This document shows, piece by piece, positions 54,057-64,000 of a stretch of 64,000 nt of DNA (position 1 is the stretch's first letter; every line of letters begins with the position of its first letter). The translations under genes were made by a program, and so were the position numbers. The notes below the pieces were generated by a model. The model was not told the DNA's origin. It did not search any database and saw only the letters and a list, made by a program, of their open reading frames with translations. The DNA lies in NCBI GenBank assembly GCA_023515725.1, contig JALDTO010000156.1, forward strand, positions 1 through 64,000, given 5' to 3'. This DNA is from Amoeboaphelidium protococcarum X5 (lineage: Eukaryota > Fungi > Aphelidiomycota).

Positions 54057-54845
54057 ATGCGTGAATATAAATTGGTCGTTCTCGGTTCTGGTGGTGTTGG
54101 AAAGTCTGCACTGGTAAGTTTATTGTGCTTATACACCCATTCTACCTGCTTGTCCTACTTGTCCTTCCACTCTCCGGTGGAGGTATAGATGAGTAAGCAG
54201 GTGGATGGGTGTATTTTATTTGTGGACAGATGTAACTAATCGAATCCTTTGTATGATCGTCGTTGTATGACTGCAGACTGTTTAATTTGTGCAATCCATA
54301 TTTGTGGAGAAATACGATCCCACCATTGAGGACAGTTATCGTAAGCAGGTTGAGGTTGATGGCTAGCAGTGTATGCTTGAAATTCTGGATACAGCTGGTA
54401 AGTTTTCCATCTCTTTAGTCTTGTTTATAGTTACAATGTGCAATAATGTGACTCTGTGCATCTGTGTGTAGGTACTGAGCAGTTTACGGCTATGAGAGAT
54501 TTGTACATGAAGAATGGACAGGGCTTCATCCTTGTGTACTCCATCACATCTCAGGCCACCTTCAATGATCTGGCAGAGTTGCGTGAATAAATTCTGCGTG
54601 TCAAGGACACTGACCATGTGCCTATGGTTCTGTGTGGCAACAAGTGCGATCTGGAAGATGATCGTGTGGTTGGAAAGGACCAAGGCTTCTAGCTGGCCCA
54701 GCAGTGGGGATCCGTCACATTCTTGGAGACTTCGGCTAGAAAGAAGATTAATGTCGACGAGGTGTTCTTTGATCTGGTACGACAAATTAACAAGCAGATG
54801 CCTGAGAAGGCCTAGAAGAAGAAGAGCAAGTGTCTGATTCTGTGA
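54057..54845 (+). CDS. RAP1: Ras-family GTPase Rap1; introns 54114-54276, 54398-54471
   Basis: [25 protein letters not shown]; [21 protein letters not shown] (Thr61); CAAX CLIL*. Confidence 0.97.
54131..54214 (+). other. Long RNA hairpin inside Rap1 intron 1
   Basis: ATACACCCATTCTACCTGCTT pairs with AAGCAGGTGGATGGGTGTAT (20 bp, one bulge, one G-U). There is also an inner CCTTCCAC/GTGGAGG stem. Confidence 0.8.
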
Positions 54846-55345
54846 GCGATTGATTACCGGAGGAATGCTATGAGGTTGAATGAATAATAAAATGCCTTTA
54901 CGGTTTTTTAAATTGTTTTTTACTTGTTGCTATTTGTTTTATTATATCATAAAGGTTGTAATGTGTGTCGGTCGACATGCGAGGTTGATCATCCACAGTG
55001 ATCCGCTACGAGTTGAACTGATGATCATCATCAATGACAGACAGTTGACTCGTGACGTTTACTGACACTTAACGGATCCTTATGTATTTATTATCAGTAT
55101 TAATGCTTTTGATGCTGTGTGTTAATGTTTTAGCTTTGCTAAATAGTTGATCCAATGATGGTGATATGCGTACAGTCAAGCGGAGCGTGAGTGAACGGTC
55201 AAATGTGGCGTTATTCATTTAAAGTAATGACCACAACTTCATGATGACAATGATAAATGAATACACTGAACAAGAAAACACTCTAAATTAAAGCAATAGC
55301 GAGTACTATTATAAATACACTTTTTACATTATTACATAGAAGGCG

Positions 55346-56935
55346 TCAATCAAAAGGAATGATGGTCCGCTTCTTTTAGCTTTATTATTGAGCACCAATA
55401 GCACTGGGAATGCGCATGTTGCAACAGGTGGGGAAGGACTGGCCAAGAGCAAACGTTTCCACCAAACCACCGCCACCACCACCATTAGATTGACTGTCTG
55501 CACTCAGACTATTACCTGATGAATGCGAGCATCCATGGTGAGATTAAGACATTTTGCCATAAATGGGAATCTTTTTGCCGTTGGGTCCTTCAACGTATTT
55601 GATAACAACCTCTTAATCCTCCTAAAGATGACCATGATCGTTTCCATTATTACCACCATCTTCAAAGCGGTTTATAACAGAAGCGTTAGGGACATCCACA
55701 ACACGCTGATGACTATCCTCAGTTTTAAACTCTTCAATGCACTGGGATTTAGACACGTTACCATCACATAATACAGTCATCCAGTGCTTAAGAGTCACAT
55801 CCGAGTACTGCTCTCTACCAACAAGTCCCATAAATTCGCCAAACAGAAAGTGTTGCATAATTGGAAGCTTTTTCAAACACTCACCCAGATACATCTTTAT
55901 CAATCCATTATTGACCCTGTCCCAGCCGCTTCTGCAACCTTACGCCACCTGCTTCTCCTTCACATATGTGGTGCCATCCGAACGTGTCACAGTCTCGGAT
56001 ACGGCAATCTTCTTTGGTACGATAGCTGAGATATCATACAACATCGGAGAGTGCCATGCGAGAGACCCCTCCCCACTAAACTTCACATCATAGATAAATT
56101 TGACACTCTCAAAGAACATCCATGAGTTCTTACAACCATACGAACCATGTTCCTCTACAGCAATATGGTCACATATATCTTTCGGTCTCAAGTACTAGTG
56201 TCCGACCAGCTGAGCACTTCCAAATAGGAATGGCAGAAACTGATAATCATCCAGACCCCAAACACCATGACTACCTGCAGGCTCTAGCCAATACTCAGAT
56301 TGAACCGCACGCATCCAGACAATATAACGATTGAGTAGGACCAACGCTAGCGATGAATGAAGATGTAAAAATTAATGCTTCACAAGAGCGTATACAAACA
56401 CCATAAAATTGAGTTCGTGCCCAGTACCATAATCGATTCTCTTCAGATCACCAAAACTATGCAGGAAATATGGTAGTATATGTGAGAGAGCATTTTCAGT
56501 CAGCAGAGAGTCACCAGCGAGCCAACTACTACTTCCATCCTACTACTACTCCTACCCACAGATCCATTCGAGAACATTATCCCAAATGTACTGATAGTAA
56601 TGTCTGAACTCAACGTGACCAAAACGATGCGAAGACGCGGTTGGATTTAATTCCTTCTATGCATCGTGAGAGGAGCCGCGAGGAAACAGCCTCAAAGCAT
56701 CCTAACATTTATCAATTAGGTTCAGCACTTTCTCCAGATTTCCTGCCTAATCGCTGGTCAATTCATCATGAAATCTTTACTAAGCCTAAAGACAATCGCC
56801 ATCATACTCGACGCACAGCTGATTCAGTGGTAGCATAAACCCATTCCAAAACAAGTCAAAATGGATGGACGAGAGAAATTTCTCTAAATCTTACTAAGAC
56901 ACAATTAATTTGACAACTGTAGCGATTTATGTCAT
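55346..56935 (-). CDS. RRD2: PP2A phosphatase activator PTPA (Rrd2-type)
   Basis: [18 protein letters not shown]; [19 protein letters not shown]; HSPMLYDIS; C-terminal [11 protein letters not shown]...IPFD*. Confidence 0.92.
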
Positions 56936-57363
56936 TTAATAAAGCTATTACCGGTAATGTATTGTTAGAGAAGCCAGTAATCACTTTACTGCGAGAGATG
57001 ATAGTATCGCTCCCCTTTAGCAAAGGAAAAGCCGATCTAAATTCAGAGAGAGAAAGACATTTTAGCTCATAGCTCTCTGTCACGTCATTTTCCAGTTGAA
57101 ATGTAAGTTTTATCAGTTTCAACCTCTCAATTTATCCGCGAATTTAAACTAATATTACAGTCAGCGTACCTATGGGGCCGTGTTCAAATATTCCTGCATT
57201 GTGATTTCCTTTTCCTAATTGTTTGATATCATTTACTGTATTTGTTCCCATGAATTCTTCAATCAACAACCTTCAATGAGTTTTTCAATCTTTCTGATAT
57301 TTGTCACCTAGAATATACCGTTACAGCTGATCAAAATATCAGCTTTAATCGAGTACATATATA

Positions 57364-59873
57364 ATGGAAAAGGGACTTAATGTGGCAATTAGAAAGAAGC
57401 AGGTAAGTTGTAGATGTCTGATATCGGACTGTTATTAAATCGCTGATTTTAGATGTAGAGATGGAAGGACAGATGGATTGTGCTAAGAGGATCTGATGGT
57501 TTGGCAGTATACAAGACAGATCAAGAGTACGAACTCATGAATTTGTACAAACTGGATTCACTAAGCGCATGTCTTCACAGTCCACTCAACACATCATCCT
57601 CATCATCGTCAGCCTCACGCAGAAAGAGCGGCGATGAAGGGGAGCTGTCCAAGAAGGGCCGTCCGCATGTCATTGTTCTTCTGTTTCAGCATTTGATCGC
57701 CGTCCCGTCTGCTGAAACGGTGGCTGCCGGTGTGAATGGGAATCAATTAGGCACGGTAGATCTTGGTTCTGCAGATCATGGAACATTGAAGGAGTAGCAG
57801 TTTAAGCTAAAGACTACGATGATGTTTATAGACTTTAAGGTTAGATCTGCTATGGAAGATTTTCTGATTATAGTTGCTTAATGCAGATTCAATGCTAAAT
57901 CCTTGTTACCGGTGAATTTGTTGAGCTGGCATTCTCTGTCAAGTGAGAGCGGTGATGAAGTTGTCGTTCCTGAGTCTGCAAAGTCGGCGGGTCATGACAA
58001 GTTTGATGAATAAGGTACCATAATAAGTTTACCCACCATGTCCACCGCTGCTCGTCTGGGCTTTATTTGCACAACGCGCCCATCCTTTGATGCGGATTGG
58101 TGGTGGATTGCTGCGCATGATGTCCTGATTCCGTTCGAAAACAATTCAGGATCATCTTTGCAATTGAATGATACCAGTCAGATTGCTGGCGATAATAAAG
58201 ATATTCAAGTACTCCCTGCGTTAAATAAATAGAAAAAGTCTGGCGTAGATTTGCGTCTACCTGCATTGAATGAAAGTGCAGAGGAGGATGGCGATGTTGA
58301 AGATTAATAGTCCCCGGATGAGGAGGAGTACGCCAGTAGTCCATTCTCTGAAGTTACGCAGTCTCCCGCCACCGTAGGATCTCCCTTGAAGAATGTCAGT
58401 TTTCCGCCGCCGCCAGCAAAAGATCCCTTGATTTATGAACAGAACCTTGCATAAAAAGGATTAAGTGAGCTTGTAGATGCTCCTAGTATAACCGGCTACT
58501 TGTACAAGAAAAAGTTGCGTGGTGGTTTGCAAACATCTAGAAGAAATACCGTGCTCACTAACAATATTGTACCTGGGACTTTGTAAAATATCGGCTCTGC
58601 AGGAGCGACGATGAAAGGCTACTAAGATGGTCAGTCTGCTGCAGGGGAATAAAATTCTGCAAACAAGTCGCAATTACCAAAGGTGTCCAATTCACGACTC
58701 AAAAGCGATTCCTCATATCATTAACGATACTTTGTTCTTCGTGGCACGGTTTTGTCATGGTACCAGGATGCTCGAGAGTATGAGGTTTTGCGCATGCTTG
58801 ATTTGAAAGACGTCATCTGGATTAAGCTAGACTTGCGCTTGTCCGGGATCAATCAGCAGAATACATCGATTGATGCTGGTGCTATGACTTCGGAATCTGA
58901 CACTGGCGAGGAGAGCGAAGACGAGTACATATCTTCAACGGCTAATACCAAGAGTCTCGTCTAGAAATTGATACATTCAGGCAGATCTAATTCTCCACCT
59001 GCGCAGAGAAATAAAAAATTAGCCAAGAAATAGAGCCGTGCAATGTCTATCTCTTTTGGTTTAGGAGTGTCTAATTCATCGTTCGGTCAAGTCGTATCAG
59101 TAGATCCTTCTAGTAGTCAGGGCAGTCCTATGACACCCATCCTGTCTCCTGTAAATGTTGCAATTAAGCAAGTTGCTCTCCCCACTGCGGCGAATCCATT
59201 GATGGAAGTATCCGTGACCAGAACTTAATCGGCCCCAGTGACGAGGAAGAGTTCCAAAGTCTTGGCCAAAGAATGGTGCAGTGGTGTTGGCATTTTAAAT
59301 GTCAATACTTAATTTTCTGCCTAAGTAAAACATGGTGACGCGATGAGCGATGGACTGACATAGATGTTGTATGAAAGTGCCATTGAGGTTTCACAAGGAA
59401 GAAAGTTAATCAGTGATGCTGCCGTTACAAACAAGAATCTGTCACCTGGGATTGAGAATGACACTTTTCTCAAGATTCTAGCCAATAACGTCAAGCAGTC
59501 ATAGAGTATAACAAAAGATTAGCTTAAACTTGCATGGGCTGCATTTTATGGAACACTTGGTGTGCCTGTGGCTGTAAATCAAGTTTTACCTTTGCAAGAA
59601 TCCGTGACAACACCCCTTAAAGTGACGGTACCGGTAAGTGCTGTTCCGAGATTGGAGAATAAGTCTGTGGAGGAAATGACTCAGTAGGCTATTGTATCTC
59701 TAGAGCAGTATTACAACGAGCAGAATCACCATTTAAATGCATCATCGAAACTGTTCCATATCCGTATCATTACCAGCAAGAGAGATTACGTTCTTGCAAC
59801 TGAGCGCGTCGATGAATTTGTAAAGTGGGTGATTGCTCTCAGGAGAGCCTGGATCAAAGCCAGAATATCGTGA
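57364..59873 (+). CDS. Dual PH-domain protein (Opy1-like architecture, PH domains interrupted by inserts); intron about 57403-57452
   Basis: RWKDRWIVLR...VYKTDQEYE; TGYLYKK...RYFVLRGTVLSWYQDAREYE...RDYVLATERVDEFVKWVIALRRA. Confidence 0.75.
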
Positions 59874-60127
59874 ATAGATGATGATGAATGTTAGTTGTAA
59901 ATATAGAGAATTAATGTTTATACATACTTGATTTTGCATTAAACTTAGAGTACTTTTATTTCACATAGCATACATGATATAGAGCAAACAGTCTTAATGC
60001 TTATTGATTGGAGCTTCGGTGATGGCGCGAACCCCTTTCGTCTTTTTCGCGTTTTGTGTCAACGGGCCCCTTTCTGTTGTTATCAACACAATTGGTACCA
60101 TAATCTGCGGATAAAACTACTATTACC

Positions 60128-63100
60128 ATGATGATGAAGCCTAGAGTCACATTTGAAAGATAAGAGGCTGTGATCAGTTACATTCTGGCCAAAGCTTAGT
60201 ATTAATTCTCTGCATCATTGCCGCAGGAATTGTCTTTAGTAGAAGGATTTTATTACATCTGTCGTGAATCCGCTCATCAGGGGAGTGATGGCATTTACGG
60301 CCAGGATGCTGATGATGGTTGGATCGATGCTTTTGTGCTGGATACCAATTACTTTGAATGTGTTGAAAATGAGATTATTAACAGTCTTGATGAAGGCGAT
60401 GCCAGCGGAAGGTGGTAAATGGCGGACACTGCCGTGAATTAGAGATGGTAAAAATGGATTCAGGAGCATATGTAAATGCTTAAGGATCTACCGTGCGGTA
60501 TCGTCCCTAAATCTTACCTGCAATATCTTGCTTATGCCACTATCGTAACTCCTTAAGCTTTAGATTCGCTTAGCATTGAGGACAATTACAATCTGATTGC
60601 GCGCTCTCAAAGTGCCAGTAGCGCCCCAGAGGATGATGGAATAAATTATCAAAGCAGTGCTCCTGGATTATAAAGTCGCGATAAAGATTAGAATTTTGAC
60701 GTGGATAATGTCGCCAACCGTCTCAAATATGTGCTCGAGACTAATAAGGATTACACTGCTTCTATTAATGCGTCTATTGATTCTGATAATAACTATTAGC
60801 ATTATGATTAGGCGACAGACAGAGAATCCGTTGTTTCTGCATATAGCGCTAGGCATGCTGGCCGTTATGATTAAATGAACAGAGGCTAGCGACTGAATAT
60901 GGATGCTCAGACTGTGTTTGTGCCTGCCAAAGCTTCCATCCTCTCAGGGCCTCATATTGATTAGTCTGGTGCTAGAGAATACGTATTGACTGGATGTCTT
61001 CCCGTTCCCGATGATTATAAGTATTACTTTTCCAACTCGTATGCACTTGGTCTTTTCAGCAGTAAGAGTTAGAATGTGGGTGAGTCGCGTCATTAGAACA
61101 CTGCGGATACTTAGAGATAGTCACTTCTTGCTGCTGGCATAGTGGAAACTGTGAACTCGGAACAAGCTGGAGACATTAATTCTGCCACCAATCAACCTTC
61201 ATAAAAGCCGTATACTCAAGATCCTATATTCATTGCTGACGGTCCATAGTGGCTGGATGAATCGCAATCGTTCTTTGCCGTTGCGATAAACTAATTCCTG
61301 GTGGTTCAGAAATCAAATTATCATCAGTCGTCTATTCATTTGCCCAAATTTGTCAGCTTTAAAGGTAATCTGCCGATAGACACGTATATTTCATACTAAA
61401 TTGCGGTATATGTCCTTAGTTTATAACCAAGTTAATTGTAAGCAGAAAATGGGCCGTTTATGTTGCATCCATTGAATTCTCTGCATGGAAGCATGCTCTC
61501 GAAAATGAGTTCTTCTCGTCATAATTAGCAATAGTAGTAGTAGTATTCTGCTAAGGAACAGTTTATCATATGTCGCAGATATTCTCACTTTGAGCTATTG
61601 TACGATCATTTGAAGGCAAAGTACCCAATGTTGTTCATTCCACCTCTGCCATCTAAGCGCGTACAGGTGACCACATTTCCCCGTCATTTAGGAACTTTGA
61701 TTGGCAAATCTAATGCCGAATAAGGGAAGATTCAGCTGCCTCAAGAAGATATTTAGGCGTATATGAAAAGATTGTACGCTCTAGAACGTTGGTTGGAAAG
61801 AATTTTGTCTCATCCTGTTCTGGTCAATGATCCTGGAGTGGAGGCTTTTCTTTACTCTGACGTTGTTTAATAATTGGGACTGACTGAAAACTCCTTAAAG
61901 ATATTAGATCAATGTGGCGAAGCAGCTCCACCTCGTGATAATTTAGTGCAAGTGGTTGATGAGTCGCCCAATTTTGTGTGTCCCACCTATTTGGAGATGA
62001 TGAAGAAGTTGCGCGGTGATCCGTCAGATGCTGCCGAATTCTACTTGCGTGTCTTCCATCCAGCTTTCAATCTCGGCCCAGACTTTGATAGATCTCAGTC
62101 AGTATACAACTCTATTCGTCTCAATAGATAAACCATGTACCCTCATCCTTACTCTGCACAGGACAATCAGTCTCAATCTAGAATCAGCTGCACCATGTCG
62201 GTCACTGGTAGAGTTATCGAAGACGATATTACTGGAGACTATGCCACTTTGAAATAATAAGCCAACTTTCTGACCGAGAATCAGGAGAAATTATAAAGTA
62301 TCAGGCTTGCCCTGAATTCGTATAAGAACAATATCGCTGTTGAAAAGTCCAGGGAAGTGAAGCGCCTCGTCCAGAAATTATAAGAATTAGTTCTACATGA
62401 ATAAAAGCCGTCCTCTGACTCTACAGTGCCTGAAAGTTGTGAAGGTGGCCGAATTTGGTGTCATCTGCCTCATTGTCAAAATTGTAAATGGCTGACTGAG
62501 TCGATCGCTGATCTGGGTGATTGTCTGTCCGATGTTGACGCGTCAGATAGGAATGTTATCCATGTGTATGACAGAATTATAGACTGGATTGGTGAATGGA
62601 ACGACATTTTGTAGAATGAAGACTAGATGATGAAAAAGTATTTGAGTATTCAGAAAGAGGGAATCCAAATAGGTAAGGAGATGGAGCGCGGCATCAAATC
62701 CAGATTTAAGTAACAGCGTGAATAGCGTTAGAATGAGTTGAATCGTCAAGATAAATCAGAGACTGAAAGCGTACGAATTGTCGGATCAGATCGATATGGT
62801 ACGATGAGCATACCAAGATCTCAGCACTCCTCCGGATCTAAATCTGCTCTTTATAATCCGAATATTGAGACTGGTGGTACTTCTGCTGATGGTTAGATTT
62901 CCACTTCACCCACGCCTGTTCACCTGTAACCAGTCCATGTGTTGTCGCGTCTATCCACGGTGTACAATGTTAATCATGCTGAGGTTAATCAGTGGATGCA
63001 TCGTTAAAGACAGATTGAATTTTTTGCCATGATAAAGACGCTCTGCAAAAGTGAATTCTAAAGAGCAGAGTAAAACTATTAGCTCTGGCGTTCGTGCATA

Positions 63101-63145
63101 GACAAGATTGAGTTTATTGAAAAGAATTTGACTTCTGGAATGTGA
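60128..63145 (+). CDS. SH3-PX-BAR sorting nexin (SNX9/18/33-like architecture)
   Basis: Split SH3 (AKAQYQF...ELSL...DGWI...GIVPKSYL); PX motif CRRYSHFELLYDHLKAKYPMLFIPPLPSK; helical C-terminus. Confidence 0.8.
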
Positions 63146-63282
63146 GTTGACCTGTAATATTAAGAATATTGAGAATATATATTTAAGAGAAATGAAGTCT
63201 CTTGTTGAATATTTTCTATGGCAATAACAATGCTTAGTACTCTATTATGAAGAACACTTGTTCGCATGAGGTGGAACGGCAT

Positions 63283-63372
63283 AAATCCCTCACTGAAGGA
63301 AAAGCTTACGAGTCACCTGCCAATCAAGTCAAGCCAAACTGATCACAGCGAAATTGACGCAGTGAGGGATTT
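63283..63372. promoter_or_regulatory. Perfect 13-bp inverted repeat upstream of the metallothionein
   Basis: AAATCCCTCACTG (63283-63295) and CAGTGAGGGATTT (63360-63372). The regulatory role is inferred only from position. Confidence 0.5.
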
Positions 63373-63567
63373 TCGCCAGTGATACAACGCAGATTCACAC
63401 GCGCGCTGTGCGGTATTTTTGCCAAATCAAACGATTTTCTAAAATCTGATAGTATTCTTCTTCTCTTCTCATCACAAGTTTCAAGTTTTTGAATAAATAC
63501 AATACTTTGAACTAATAACTATAGTCAGTAATAACAAGTCTATCTGATCAAGATCTAATTGAGCGAA

Positions 63568-64000
63568 ATGTCTTCATCAAAGTCTGATATTAAAGTGTGC
63601 AAGTGTGATGCTAGCTGTACCTGCCCTGGAAAGTCTGGTCAATCTTGTCCTTGTCCTGGTAAGGGGTAATCATCTTCATCGTCGTCTAGCGGTCCTACCA
63701 AGGCTTGTAAGGCTGGATGTTAGGGAGGTGAGAAATGTATCTGTGAGTCTGGCTGCCCTTGTGCTACTGGTAGTAAGTCGTAGTCTAAGAGTTGCTGCGG
63801 TGAAACATGCAAGTGTGGCGATAACTGCAAATGCGGCGATGCTTGTGAGTGCGGCGACAAGAAGTGTTGTGGCAGTAGTAAATGCAAATGTGGTGATAAC
63901 TGCCAGTGTGATGATGGCTGTGAGTGCGGAGATAAGAAGTGTTGCGGTGGCAGTAAGAAGTGCGGTGATAAGTGCAAATGTGGTGATAATTGCCAATGCG
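63568..64000 (+). CDS. Long modular metallothionein-like protein (truncated by window end)
   Basis: 35 Cys in the first 144 codons, CxC/CC motifs, no aromatic residues; repeat unit CCGxxCKCGDNCxCxDxCECGDKK. Confidence 0.85.

Overview
This is the left end of a compact, gene-dense eukaryotic chromosome with about 38 genes in 64 kb and few, mostly 50-75 nt, GT-AG introns. It starts with a mixed CCCTAA/CCCTG telomeric tract. The genome uses a non-standard nuclear code: TAA/TAG encode Gln and TGA is the only stop (translation table 6). The supplied standard-code ORF track is therefore fragmented, and all genes below were re-read by hand in table 6. The gene content is opisthokont and fungus-adjacent, with hevein/CBM18, Rrd2-type PTPA and PRM10/ThrE, plus CAP-D3, RELCH, RFWD3, Ttd14, SERCA and NPSN. 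Together with UAR=Gln, this points by inference to an aphelid such as Amoeboaphelidium protococcarum. The main leads are: (1) a trunk-less beta-adaptin appendage protein with a prion-like N-terminus; (2) Rap1 head-to-head with a RapGAP, with a long hairpin in Rap1 intron 1; (3) an in-frame TGA at the conserved aromatic position of a hevein domain; (4) apparent enrichment of UAR codons just before true TGA stops; (5) a long modular metallothionein with a 13-bp inverted repeat upstream; (6) a composite telomere next to a core gene with no subtelomere. Protein identities come from recalled family motifs, not database searches.
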